From: an uncultured Methanoregulaceae archaeon
Lineage (GTDB): Archaea > Halobacteriota > Methanomicrobia > Methanomicrobiales > Methanospirillaceae
DNA length: 64,000 nt
Direction of reading: 5' to 3'
Assembly (NCBI GenBank): GCA_963701095.1
Contig: OY969564.1
Coordinates: 2,400,001 to 2,464,000 of the forward strand
Under the pieces are notes generated by a model that saw nothing but the letters and a program-made list of their open reading frames with translations, did not search any database and was not told the DNA's origin. Position 1 is the first letter of the stretch; each line of letters starts with the position of its first letter. Below, one piece after another: positions 53,711 through 64,000 of the stretch. A program made the translations under genes and the position numbers.

Positions 53711-53843
53711 CCTTTTGAAGAAGGAGTGAGACCAAATACGTTCGACGGGAAAATGGTGCTAAATAACAAAACCAAATGATGCCTTGATCTTTTCAACTTT
53801 TTTTATTGCAAAGAATCATCTCGATGACGTTCTGGTATGCAGG

Positions 53844-54815
53844 TCATGATAATTTGTTGTACCAGTACGCGTAGATCTTTTCCAGACTTTTCTCTATGGT
53901 GCATTGGGGAACCCAACCGGTATCTTTCCTGAGCTTATCGTAACTTCCGATAAGCACCGGGTTGTCAATAGGCCGGAGAAGATCAGTATTCTGTTCCACC
54001 TTTACCGGTATATGGGTTAACGTGGAAAAAAACCTGACAATATCGAGAATTGAGTAACCGTGGCCGCTGCATACATTATACACTTCGCCGGTTACCCCCT
54101 TGCTGAGTATCGCCATATATGCCTGAATAACATCATCAATGTCCACAAAATCCCTGATAATCGATCCGGCCCCGATTTTTATTACAGGTGGTGTGCGATG
54201 AAGAGCAATATCTGCGAATTGCCGGGCAAGAGAACTTACCACAAACTGATCGCTCTGCCCCGGCCCGATGTGATTAAAGGAACGTGTGCAACAAACGTCA
54301 AGATTATATCCCCTGGTATAAATCCGGGCAAGGTATTCCTCTGAAAGTCGCGCTACGGCATACGGGTTTGCCGGGGCAGGAGGATTTTTCTCTGAAAGGG
54401 GGAGATCCGTTTCTTTGACGATACCATATTCTTCTGAAGAACCGACCGACACAATCCTTGGTTTGAGACCCTGGACTCTGACGGCTTCAACGATAGTCAG
54501 GAAAGCATTGGTATTATTCAGAAAAGATGCGAGTGGCTCTTTCCAGCTCTGGGCAACGGAACTAAAGGAAGCAAGGTGAAGAATATAGTCCGGCTGGATC
54601 TCGCCGATTATTGCTTCGACTTTGGATGAATCGAGCAGATCACATTGATGAAACGAACATTTTCGAAGAATCTGATCCCGATGCTGGATAAAATCCCACG
54701 CAGGCTTTGATCTGCTTATGCCATGAATAACAAAATCCGGTTGTTCATTCACGAGATATTGCGTGAAATGCCCGCCGACAAAACCACTGATTCCGGTGAT
54801 GAGTATTGTCTTCAT
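53844..54815 (-). CDS. NAD-dependent epimerase/reductase, Rmd-like (GDP-6-deoxy-hexose reductase)
   Basis: ITGISGFVG, HLAS.SSV, GSSEEYG, RSFNHIGPGQ, RDF.D; catalytic motif reads YAVAR. Confidence 0.75.
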   Translation of the reverse strand: MKTILITGISGFVGGHFTQYLVNEQPDFVIHGISRSKPAWDFIQHRDQILRKCSFHQCDLLDSSKVEAIIGEIQPDYILHLASFSSVAQSWKEPLASFLNNTNAFLTIVEAVRVQGLKPRIVSVGSSEEYGIVKETDLPLSEKNPPAPANPYAVARLSEEYLARIYTRGYNLDVCCTRSFNHIGPGQSDQFVVSSLARQFADIALHRTPPVIKIGAGSIIRDFVDIDDVIQAYMAILSKGVTGEVYNVCSGHGYSILDIVRFFSTLTHIPVKVEQNTDLLRPIDNPVLIGSYDKLRKDTGWVPQCTIEKSLEKIYAYWYNKLS

Positions 54816-54928
54816 GGTCCCCCTTTATTGTTCAGATACGTGAAACAAGCACGAGGAGTTTATTCCGCTTTTGTTTTCTTAGGAATATCTCCTGACTTGT
54901 TGATAAACAACCGGTACCGCAATTGGTT

Positions 54929-56167
54929 CTAGGGTTTTCGTGCAATAACGTCCCGGTATACCCCGAGTATAATCTGCGCTACAGCGTCTCCCCGGTATTT
55001 GCCGGCAAACGCCACGATCTTTTCCCGGTCCCAGATGCGGGCAATCGCGGCATTAATTCCCCGTGCAAAATCCCTGGAATCGGCACGTTCACAGAGAATT
55101 CCCACGTCGGGGTCGGTGAGGATATCCATGCTCCCGCTGTTCTTTGTCGCAATCACCGGTTTTCCGCAGGCCAGCGCCTCGATCTGAGCAATGCCAAATC
55201 CTTCCTCCAGGCTCGGAAGCACAAAAAAATCACAGGCATTCAGCCACAGGGGAATATCATGAGCACTCATGAATCCTAGGAAGTGAACCCGGTCTTCGAG
55301 ATTTAACTCTTTCACGCGCTGCACGAGGAAATCTTCGTATGATTTCTCGTATTGCGCTTTTCCCCCGATATAACACTGGACATCATTTCTTGTTTTTCTG
55401 ATAATGTCCATTGCCTCGATGAGATATTCGAGCCCCTTGCGTTTCTGCAGGATACCGAAGGTGAACAGGACCTTTGCGTCATGTGGGATATGCAGGGTAT
55501 CCCTGCATGCATGCATGTCAAGCGGTGAATACTGCTGGACAAACCCGTAGGGCACGGATATCGTGCGGGGGTTGTAATGGTGCAGTTTTGCGATCTCGTG
55601 TTTGTTAATGGTCATAATCTGATCGGCGTTTTCCCATGTATGTTCTACCCGGGGATCAGCCAGATCGATTTCCTCCTGGAGCCATCCGGAATCCTCGTTT
55701 GCCGTGATGACATAAGGAACCTGGTATTTTCCTTTGAGTACATCGGCACAATGACCGGAGGGTAACGTGAAATGTGCATGGACCAGATCGAAATGGATGT
55801 TATGCTTCCGGATACATTTCAGGACAGCGTGGCACCGGAAATCAAAGTCCAGTTTTCGTTTGTATCCCATCAGGGGAACCATCCTCGGGATAAAAAAGCA
55901 CCGGGGATAATAGACAGACACATTATCATAGTGATAATCTGTGCAGTAACGGTCGTTCTGAACAATTCTCAAGGAAACGAGCACCGGGCATATAACGATA
56001 ATTTTTTTAAAGAACCCTTTAAGGTGCTCAATCTGGTCTTTTACGTAAATGGATCCGATATAACGGTTTCTCTCATCCGGAAAATCCGGGGTAATGACTA
56101 ACAGTGTCATATCTCTGGTGTCTTTTCCGGTAGGATCGATGGATTCCTGAGTTATGCTCTTCACCAT
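54929..56167 (-). CDS. GT4 glycosyltransferase
   Basis: HAHF, RKG, EGFGIAQIEALACGKPV. Confidence 0.9.
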   Translation of the reverse strand: MVKSITQESIDPTGKDTRDMTLLVITPDFPDERNRYIGSIYVKDQIEHLKGFFKKIIVICPVLVSLRIVQNDRYCTDYHYDNVSVYYPRCFFIPRMVPLMGYKRKLDFDFRCHAVLKCIRKHNIHFDLVHAHFTLPSGHCADVLKGKYQVPYVITANEDSGWLQEEIDLADPRVEHTWENADQIMTINKHEIAKLHHYNPRTISVPYGFVQQYSPLDMHACRDTLHIPHDAKVLFTFGILQKRKGLEYLIEAMDIIRKTRNDVQCYIGGKAQYEKSYEDFLVQRVKELNLEDRVHFLGFMSAHDIPLWLNACDFFVLPSLEEGFGIAQIEALACGKPVIATKNSGSMDILTDPDVGILCERADSRDFARGINAAIARIWDREKIVAFAGKYRGDAVAQIILGVYRDVIARKP

Positions 56168-56217
56168 TCCGCTGGGTTCCTGCCCTTTATGTGGTTACTT
56201 ATCCCAGGCACTGGCGT

Positions 56218-57306
56218 TTAAATCACGCCCATCTCACTTAACCGGGCCGGGAGATATTTCTTCGTGACAAAATCGAGTCCCCGTGCTGCAAAAGCCTGTT
56301 GTTCTGATTTAAGGCCCAGTTCGAGCTGTAAATTGATCTGGCGTTTCCAGTAATCGGTTGCAAACCGGGGGTCGGTGAGCTCAGCCTTTAAAGCCTCTAC
56401 ATCCTTTTCGGATAACTTGTCGGAAGGCAGGTTATAGTCCCGGATATCGCTTGGCTGGAGACCCAGGAACTGCGCTTTCGGCGTTGCGAGCAGTTCGGAA
56501 AGGTGCGCACTCTTGATTGCCCCGTATGCGACCGATGCATAGATCCGGTATGACCAGGGGTCGCCATCGGTAAAGACACAGATGGGGATGTTCCAGGTCT
56601 GGCTGATCCGGTTGAGCATCCGGCGGGTGGACCGGGCCGGCTGTCCCTTGAGATGGAGGAGGACTGCGTTGTACTCCTCGTCAAACCCGTTCTCAATCAG
56701 GCGATCATACATACCGCCTGTCTCCATGGCTATGACAAATTTTGCGTCATGATCGACAAACTCGATGTTTTCCACGTTGTTGGGGATTGAATACCCGGCT
56801 CCTCCCACATCGTCCTGGCAGTGGATTGTCTTTAGTCCTCTCCGGGTCTGTTCCCGTATCCGTATCGGGCCGTAGATGCTTGCCCCGTCTTCTTCAGGCC
56901 GGAGATGGAACCCTTCACGGGGCACATCGGAGATGATTTCAAGGTCTTCGACAAGGAAATTGCTTTCATCCTGTGCCGTAAATTTTGCCCGTTTCCACCC
57001 CTCCGAGATATAATACATTTCCCTGAGTGTCGAGGACCGGTTTTCTTTGAGCTGCTGCTTGACAAAACCGATTACATAGGCCATTTTCAGGAGATGAGTA
57101 GCGCTTTTTGCGCTCGCTGCAGTCCGGAGGCTTTCTTTGTCCCCGTATTTCCAGACCTCGCTCGCGTCGTCATACTCAATGTTGTACTTGGTCCGGGTCG
57201 GCAGTGAAATCGACGGTATTTCCCCGGATTTCATCTGGTCATACCATGCAGACGCAATCGCGAGAATCGCTTTCATCGAACGGGCGTCAAGTTCTTCTTT
57301 AGACAT
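56218..57306 (-). CDS. top6A: DNA topoisomerase VI subunit A
   Basis: TLREMYY catalytic Tyr, ETGG, KGQP, TDGDP, K.EQQ. Confidence 0.95.
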   Translation of the reverse strand: MSKEELDARSMKAILAIASAWYDQMKSGEIPSISLPTRTKYNIEYDDASEVWKYGDKESLRTAASAKSATHLLKMAYVIGFVKQQLKENRSSTLREMYYISEGWKRAKFTAQDESNFLVEDLEIISDVPREGFHLRPEEDGASIYGPIRIREQTRRGLKTIHCQDDVGGAGYSIPNNVENIEFVDHDAKFVIAMETGGMYDRLIENGFDEEYNAVLLHLKGQPARSTRRMLNRISQTWNIPICVFTDGDPWSYRIYASVAYGAIKSAHLSELLATPKAQFLGLQPSDIRDYNLPSDKLSEKDVEALKAELTDPRFATDYWKRQINLQLELGLKSEQQAFAARGLDFVTKKYLPARLSEMGVI

Positions 57307-59099
57307 CGAGATCCACCACCATCTTTTTGGTATCTTCTATGCCCCGGATGTCGAGCATGCCTCCTCCTTTGCCGGGGTAGGTGACACGCCACACGGTCTG
57401 TTTTGGCACGGCAACCTTCCAGACTTTTGTGTACTGCCCGTCCATTTCGGTGGAAAATGCCGGGGGCATATTTGCACCTGCGGCAGTATCCGCAGAGATG
57501 TCATAGACCGAGAGCTTGGTATCAGCTCCGGTATAATTGTTCACTTCTATGGTGACGTTCCCGTCTTTTGTCCATTTTTTTGCGATCAGTTTGCGCATGA
57601 GCCTGCCTTCAATCGGTGACGTATCAACAAGGGGTTTTTCCACGATCTCGCTTACCTTTGCCGCGAGTTCAGGAATGACGGCACAGACTGCCCGGGCCCG
57701 GTCTTCGGCAAGTTTGTTCCGGTCCCGGCGGGAGAGGAATGTCTTGAGTTCCCGGCCAAGCTCCTGGAGGGCGAGGACGATCTCTTTTTCGATTTCGGGG
57801 ATACCGGCAATTGCGTCTTTGCTTTCGCTGGTAAAGGGGACATTTGTCGATGCGACATGGACGAGGATCAGTACCGGGCCAAGGGGGAGGCCCTGCTGGG
57901 AGATGTTGTAGGATTTCCAGTTTACGTTTGCTATGCACTCGGTGATTGCACAGGCTCCCTGCTGGTACATGAGCGGGACCCGGTTTGCGAACCTGAGGAT
58001 CAAAGCGTTTCCTTCCGGTGGCAGTCTGCCCCCGTACCCGATAGCAGTCTCAACAACAAACGGGTGGCCGGAGTAGACAGAACTCGGCCTTGTCCGTGCG
58101 GCAACAAAATCCATCTGGAACTCTTTGTCGAGCCCGCGCCGGATCAGGTCCTCTCCTATGGGCGAGAGGCACTGGGTTGTCGGGGGGGCAGGTACAGCGA
58201 TTTCCTGCATTGCAGCTAGTAAATTTTTGAGTTCTTCTGCCGGGAGGCCGTTGATTTTTACCGTTGCTTTAAGGCCGGCCCGGTCGCACATCTCCTGTGC
58301 TGTTTTTTTCCCCACTCTCGAGAACCCGTTAATAAGAAAATCAGCAAGTTTTTCGTCACTGGCGGCTGCCATCCGTTTGAGCTGGCCGAATTCTATTCCA
58401 TGCGGATGTGGCTGGATAGCCACCGGGCATGCTATTACTTCCTGGCTTACGCGTTCAAAGGTAAATGTCTCGTCGTCGAGTTCTACCCGGAACCGGGCAT
58501 GGGGGTTGACCACCGAAGTATACCTGAGGTATTCGAGCAGTTTCTTTTTGGCAGACATTGTGCTTTTGAACTCTATCTGGACCCGGTACCATGGATCCGG
58601 TCCCACTCGAAAGGCTGCTCTCTGATTATATCGGGTTCGTTTGTCTCGATTTTAATCTGGATCTCGAAACGGTGCGCCGGTTCTTTGACCCGGTGCGGGA
58701 TATGACGACGGTGGGGAGCCCGCTGGTCAGCTGCGCATAGAGAACGGCTGCCGAAATACCGATGCCCTGCTGGCCCCGGGTCTGGCGGATCTGGTGGAAC
58801 CGGGACCCGTAGAGGAGTTTACCGAAGACAAACGGGACCTGGGCTGGGACAATGCCCGGACCGTTATCCTCAACAATAATCCTGAATATATCGGGACCGG
58901 TTTTTTTGATGCTGATGTAGATATCGGGGAGCACCTGCGCCTCTTCACAGGCATCAAGCGCATTGTCTACGGCTTCCTTAATCGTGGTGATGACGCCCCG
59001 GGTTGGCGAGTCAAAGCCGAGCAGGTGTTTGTTCTTCTCAAAAAATTCCGCGACACTGATACTGCGCTGCTGCTTTGCAAGCTCATCAGCGAGTACCAT
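57299..59099 (-). CDS. top6B: DNA topoisomerase VI subunit B (two frameshifts near 58690 and 58586)
   Basis: [31 protein letters not shown] (GHKL); [17 protein letters not shown]. Confidence 0.93.
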
Positions 59100-60318
59100 A
59101 TGCCTTCACCTCGGCAAGGGCCGCGGCCGGGTCAAGCGTTTTCTGCTCACCCGAATGGAGGTTTTTTAGCGTTACCTGGCCCGCGTCCGCCTCCCGTTTC
59201 CCGATAACTGCAGCAAAGTCTGCAGTCTTAGATGCATGGGCCAGTTGCGCACCAAGACCGCGTCCCATAAGGTCCATCTCCGTTCGTATACCGCCGGACC
59301 GGAATACCCTGGCGACCGAAAGTGCGAAGCGTTCTCCCTCATCAGTACAGACGATACCAACAGTTATGTCTTTTTCCGGCGTTACCTCGCCAAGGGAAAC
59401 CATTACCCGGTCAAAGCCGATGGCAAATCCTGCTGACGCTACATCATCGCCACCAAACAGGTGCGCGAGCCGGTAGGTACCGCCCCCCAGGATCTGGTTT
59501 TCGGCGCCCAGGTTATGGGCAAATCCTTCGAAGACCATGCCGGTATAATAATCAAGACCCCGGGCGATCCCAAAGTTCAGGGTATACCTGATCCCGGCTT
59601 CATCGAGGATACTTATCATCTGTTCGATGCGATCTTTTTCCGGGATTGTCCCGGCTAGTGCGAATGCCTCAGGGAGTGTCCTGCAGTCAACGAGCGCGGA
59701 AAGCGATCCGCCGATGTCGTCTTTTCCCATTTCGGCGAGCGTGATACAGAGCCCGTCAAGATCATGCTTGTCAAGGTGCGCCATAACAAGGTGCTGCGCT
59801 GCCGGTTCAAGATCCGCCAGGAGGTTTTTCATGAAGCCAAGATGACCCACCTTAAGATCCCAGGTAACACCGGTTGCTTTGAGCGCCTCTGCTGCGAGCA
59901 TGATAACTTCCGCATCCGCACGTGCGGAATCTGCGCCGATGAGTTCGGCACCAAACTGCCAGAACTGGCGATACCGTCCTTTCTGCGGGCGTTCGTACCG
60001 GAAACAATCGGCAAAATAGCACCAGCGCAACGGTTTTGGCGCCACTTTGGCCTCGTTGATGTACATCCGTATTACCGCAGCCGTAATTTCAGGGCGCAGT
60101 GCCAGGCTTCTCCCGCCTTTGTCTTCAAAGACGTACATCTCTTTTGTGATACCCTCTCCCGACCGGAGCGTGAAGAGTTCGAGATCCTCGAATGCGGGTG
60201 TGCAGACTTCCCGGTAGCCGAACCGGCGTGCAGCTTCACGCATTTTTGCTTCGACACTGCGTCGCGCTTCCATTTCGTCGGGAAGGAAATCCCGGGTGCC
60301 TCGTGGTTTCTGGATCAT
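59086..60318 (-). CDS. hisS: Histidyl-tRNA synthetase
   Basis: [46 protein letters not shown]. Confidence 0.96.
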   Translation of the reverse strand: MIQKPRGTRDFLPDEMEARRSVEAKMREAARRFGYREVCTPAFEDLELFTLRSGEGITKEMYVFEDKGGRSLALRPEITAAVIRMYINEAKVAPKPLRWCYFADCFRYERPQKGRYRQFWQFGAELIGADSARADAEVIMLAAEALKATGVTWDLKVGHLGFMKNLLADLEPAAQHLVMAHLDKHDLDGLCITLAEMGKDDIGGSLSALVDCRTLPEAFALAGTIPEKDRIEQMISILDEAGIRYTLNFGIARGLDYYTGMVFEGFAHNLGAENQILGGGTYRLAHLFGGDDVASAGFAIGFDRVMVSLGEVTPEKDITVGIVCTDEGERFALSVARVFRSGGIRTEMDLMGRGLGAQLAHASKTADFAAVIGKREADAGQVTLKNLHSGEQKTLDPAAALAEVKAYGTR

Positions 60319-60358
60319 GCCTCAAAAATCCTTATCTTTGTGTATTTTTTGCCGCACC

Positions 60359-60682
60359 TTATTTTTTTATGGGGGCGCGGCGTCTTGCACTACCAATCAT
60401 CCGCTCAAGTGTGCTCTCTGTTCCGGTCCAGACTTTCTCGCGAACTATCCTGCTTTGCAGATACAGGGCGGCAAGAATGATGGCTAGGCCCAGGAGTTCG
60501 AAGGTGTTTCCTGCGATGGTGCAGAGAAGACCGAATGTGCCGAGCGCCCCATAAAGGACGCCATGATATGCCGCTTTCCGGTAACCGGGGAGACCGGTCC
60601 GGAAAAAGATCCGCGCGTCACGAAGCCAGAGAAAGATCACAACGACTTCTCCAAAATACGCAACATAGATCAGGTACGGCAT
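60359..60682 (-). CDS. Hypothetical membrane protein
   Basis: 107 aa, 3 hydrophobic segments, WLRDARIF.RTG.PGYRKAAY. Confidence 0.6.
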   Translation of the reverse strand: MPYLIYVAYFGEVVVIFLWLRDARIFFRTGLPGYRKAAYHGVLYGALGTFGLLCTIAGNTFELLGLAIILAALYLQSRIVREKVWTGTESTLERMIGSARRRAPIKK

Positions 60683-60732
60683 GGCAATGAACTAAATTAT
60701 AATACGCCTCCCCATATCTGTATTATCACATC

Positions 60733-61509
60733 ATGCGTGCAAACCCGCTCCTTTCGAAAGTCCTCGAAAAATACAAAAAAGGCGAAATTCTTCTCGAAGA
60801 TGCAGCCCGGGAGATTGAAGGCCTTCGTATTGAACGGGTAGGCGATTTTGCCTGTCTCGATCTTGGGCGCCCGGTCCGGTGCGGTATGCCGGAGGTAGTA
60901 CTTGCGGAGGGCAAAGATCCCTCCCACCTTGCGGAAATAGCCCTGCGCCAGGCAGAGGCTGCCGGACGTTGTGTGGTTACACGGGTAACACCGGATCAGG
61001 TTGCTTCCGTTAAAGAACGGTGTGCGACAAAAGGGATTTCGTGCGAGTACCGGGACCTGGCACGGATACTTGTCCTCTCGACCGGCCGTGCACCGGAAGC
61101 GACCGGTGGTGTTGTGGCCGTAATTACTGCCGGAACCTCTGACATCCGGGTTGCAGAGGAAGCAAAAGTTATTGCCGAAGAGATGGGGTGTGTTGTCCGG
61201 ACAGCATACGATGTCGGTGCGGCCGGGATCCACCGATTGTTCCCGGCGCTTCAGCCCCTGCTGGATGCTGATGTTTTTATTGTCTGTGCCGGGCGTGAAG
61301 GTACGCTCCCTTCCGTTGTGGCAGGACTTGTGGATAAGCCCGTTCTTGGGGTACCGGTGAGCACCGGATATGGGTACATGGGCAAGGGCGAGGCTGCTCT
61401 AGCGAGTATGCTCCAGTCCTGTTCCGTCATAGCGGTTGTTAATATTGATGCCGGATTTACCGCAGGAGCCTTTGCGGCACGGATAGCAAATGCAGGGAGG
61501 AAGCCATGA
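60733..61509 (+). CDS. larB: Nickel pincer cofactor biosynthesis protein LarB (PurE-like)
   Basis: R.G.PEVV..EGK, AGTSD..VAEE, DVG.AGIHRL, AG.EG.LPSV, VP.STGYG, VVNID.GF. Confidence 0.9.
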   Translation: MRANPLLSKVLEKYKKGEILLEDAAREIEGLRIERVGDFACLDLGRPVRCGMPEVVLAEGKDPSHLAEIALRQAEAAGRCVVTRVTPDQVASVKERCATKGISCEYRDLARILVLSTGRAPEATGGVVAVITAGTSDIRVAEEAKVIAEEMGCVVRTAYDVGAAGIHRLFPALQPLLDADVFIVCAGREGTLPSVVAGLVDKPVLGVPVSTGYGYMGKGEAALASMLQSCSVIAVVNIDAGFTAGAFAARIANAGRKP

Positions 61510-62014
61510 AACGGGGATTTTACGTAGGCAGGTTCCAGCCTTACCATAACGGCCACCAGGCAGTACTTTCCGAGCTCGCCGGGACATGTGACGAGATTAT
61601 CATAGGTGTCGGGAGTGCTCAACTCTCCCACGCGATAGACAACCCGTTTACGGCTGGTGAACGTGTCCTGATGATCACCCGTGCGCTCACTACGCTGGGA
61701 TGCCCCTATTATGTCATACCGATTGAGGATGTGCAGCGAAACGCACTCTGGGCCGCACATGTGGTTTCTATGACACCGCCTTTTGATACCTGCTATTCAT
61801 CAAACCCGCTTGTCGTCCGGCTTTTCTGCGAAGCGGGTGTGGCCGTGCAGTCTCCCAAAATGTACAAACGTGACCGGCATAGCGGTACCGAAATCAGAAG
61901 AAGGATGCTCTGCGGGGAGCCTTGGGAGCACCTTGTACCCCGGCAGTGGTGACCGTGATCCGTGAGATCGACGGGGTGGAACGGCTCCGCCAGATTGCAA
62001 AGGATGACCAATGA
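61506..62014 (+). CDS. nadM: Nicotinamide-nucleotide adenylyltransferase; frameshift near 61940
   Basis: [28 protein letters not shown]; the shifted frame gives [21 protein letters not shown]. Confidence 0.92.
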
Positions 62015-62091
62015 CACCGAACCCTTTCTTTAAGGTAAGCATATAGAATGTACCAAGTGTACAACACGAAATACCGCGTCGGGGTAATCTC

Positions 62092-63381
62092 ATGTTGAAA
62101 TTTTTAAAATCCCTTTTCGGACCTGCGTCCGACAATCAGGTTATCCTCGCAAAAAGTGAGGTTCCGACATGGCTTGCCGAACGGGAAAAAAGTGCACGGA
62201 CAGCCCTGAACAATGATGTGGAGGAGCCGATCCGGGTTATCCGTAACGCCATGGCGCGCCTCCAGCTGACGGTGAATACCCTTAAGGATGCGGAACAGAA
62301 CCCGGAGACGCATCCCCGGATAAAAAGTATTGCAAAAAACTCCCTGCCTCTGTTTCTCCGGGCGATGAATACTTCTCTTTCAAGGGAACTACCTGATGAT
62401 CCTGAATCATTTTATGCGGCAGCAGTTGAATGCGTGAAAGGCTGCCTCAATGCTGTCCGTGGCCAGGGCCGGTACCTTATGGTCGCTTTCCCGGACGAGA
62501 TGAAAGACATCAAATCCGGTGTCGATGCGATCGGTCACGAGATAAACGCAATGACCCGGGCCATCAGCCGGTTTAAAGATGAATCTTCCCGGATTGCGGC
62601 AGCTGGTACCGCTTTTACGGCACTCTGCGAAACAGAAGAAGATCTGGAACGGTCGTTTACCCGGGAGGCACGAATCCGGGAACGTATCACCGGAAATAAC
62701 ACACGCATACGTGCCATCACAGACGAGATCGCCCGGCTTTCTACTGACGAATCATTCCTGGCACTTGATACCGGGCGTACCAAGTGTGCGGAGCTTGCGC
62801 GCGAACGGGATGATCTGCTGCGGCACTATGCCTCACTAACGATGACAGCATCACACGTTTTTCGCAAAGCCGAAAAGATTGCGATACGCAGAAATCTTTC
62901 AAAAGAAGTCCATGTGCTTAAACAAGCCATGGAAATCCTCTCTCACCATGAGGTTGCAACAGCGGAATCGGTTGCCCGGACACTGGATGCAGCGTGCCCT
63001 GTTGTCCAGAAAATGATTGATGACAGTGATATCATTTTAAAAAACAGGGAAGAACGCGGGATCTTTTCTGATGTAGCACAGTTCCAGAGGGAAGTATGCG
63101 GGTTGTGCACGAAATACCGTGAAATCAGTGAAAAATGCCGGAATGAAGAGGAAACTCTTCTCTCCCATCCGGTCCCGGCCAAGCTAAAGTCACTTGAACG
63201 GGAAAAAGAGCAGCTGGCAAGCATGTGTCTGCATGAAGAACAAGAGCAGCATGATCTTCTGAACACAAGAAAGGAGCTTGAGGCTGCAATCCCGCTCCTC
63301 CGGAATGAGTTAGCAAAAAAGGTAGGAGAGATGAGGGGGGAGACGGTGCAACTTCAGCCTGATGAACCGGTGGGAGGGTAG
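62092..63381 (+). CDS. Hypothetical alpha-helical/coiled-coil protein
   Basis: 429 aa, E/K/R/L-rich heptad character; no recognised motif. Confidence 0.7.
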   Translation: MLKFLKSLFGPASDNQVILAKSEVPTWLAEREKSARTALNNDVEEPIRVIRNAMARLQLTVNTLKDAEQNPETHPRIKSIAKNSLPLFLRAMNTSLSRELPDDPESFYAAAVECVKGCLNAVRGQGRYLMVAFPDEMKDIKSGVDAIGHEINAMTRAISRFKDESSRIAAAGTAFTALCETEEDLERSFTREARIRERITGNNTRIRAITDEIARLSTDESFLALDTGRTKCAELARERDDLLRHYASLTMTASHVFRKAEKIAIRRNLSKEVHVLKQAMEILSHHEVATAESVARTLDAACPVVQKMIDDSDIILKNREERGIFSDVAQFQREVCGLCTKYREISEKCRNEEETLLSHPVPAKLKSLEREKEQLASMCLHEEQEQHDLLNTRKELEAAIPLLRNELAKKVGEMRGETVQLQPDEPVGG

Positions 63382-63423
63382 TGCACCGGTGCCATCTTCT
63401 GATTATGAGGGTTTTTCTTTTTT

Positions 63424-63576
63424 TTATGTGAACAAGTCTTCAGTATTCTCGATGATTGATTCAAGGTTATCCAAGGTAATATCATTCCTGATGCGCCAGC
63501 CTGACCTGCCCGCACCGGGAGGATGCCGGAACGATGACGATCCTTCGTCCTGGGAAATACCAATTGTTTCCCTCAT
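63424..63576 (-). CDS. Putative 50-aa small protein coupled to the upstream antitoxin-like gene
   Basis: ATG overlaps the upstream TGA (ATGA); MRETIGISQDEG...ITLDNLESIIENTEDLFT. Confidence 0.4.
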   Translation of the reverse strand: MRETIGISQDEGSSSFRHPPGAGRSGWRIRNDITLDNLESIIENTEDLFT

Positions 63577-63770
63577 TTCAGTTCCTTAGTTCCCGCAAAA
63601 TCTCCCAGTTCGCTTTGGCTGGCCGGGAAGGCATCCGACCAGCCATAGCAATTGTGGAGCATTTGTGCAATTACATCGCTGAAGGTCATGTTGCCACGCT
63701 TGAGCGTCAGCAAAGCCTCATACACTTCGGGATCAATCCGGATGGATCGTCCCTCGCCTGCACGAGGCAT
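63573..63770 (-). CDS. Small RHH-like DNA-binding protein, archaeal VapB/antitoxin-like
   Basis: SIRIDPEVYEAL..LK....TFSDVI..ML pattern; TTTATATA box at 63793-63800 on the minus strand. Confidence 0.7.
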   Translation of the reverse strand: MPRAGEGRSIRIDPEVYEALLTLKRGNMTFSDVIAQMLHNCYGWSDAFPASQSELGDFAGTKELK

Positions 63771-64000
63771 AATTACCACTCTGTGGTAACAGTATATAAA
63801 TATTTCTCTAAAATATTCACCGGATTTTTAAACATTTTCGAAAAATGAGATTTTCCGATATGTTTGCTGCAATCCGGTAAGGGATATTGAAAATCTCAGG
63901 TTTCAGCTACTCAAAAGGTATGCTGAACATGTCTGACCGGGAGAGCCGGATATAGGAAAATGCCATATCATCAATATAAGCAAATTCCGGCCTGTCCCCA

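Overview
This is an archaeal chromosome segment from a hydrogenotrophic methanogen, most similar in gene content to Methanomicrobiales (Methanoregula-like; inferred from mmp10, npdG, top6AB, archease-rtcB, archaeal secDF and an intron-containing tRNA-Met). Positions 1-24.9 kb and 56.2-64 kb are mostly housekeeping: chrA, moeA, aglJ, secDF, rtcB, a birA-bioY-ECF-pycBA biotin locus with a clear BirA-type operator, mmp10, top6AB, hisS, larB and nadM. Downstream of tRNA-Thr(TGT) is a small ABC-transporter cassette bracketed by a degenerate copy of the tRNA 3' end. A ~29 kb, largely AT-rich surface-glycan island follows (27.4-56.2 kb). It encodes a pilin, gmd/fcl/rmd-like genes, a Wzm/Wzt exporter, a legionaminic-acid-type nonulosonate pathway with formyltransferase and deacetylase, TWO separate HisF/HisH/amidotransferase (acetamidino) triads, a B12-dependent radical SAM enzyme, a carbamoyltransferase and several glycosyl/acyltransferases. 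This island is the best candidate for an undescribed system. About 14 single-base frameshifts interrupt otherwise intact genes, including essential ones. They look like sequencing errors and appear concentrated at GTAC/AGCT motifs. All family calls come from motif recognition by eye; no database searches were run.
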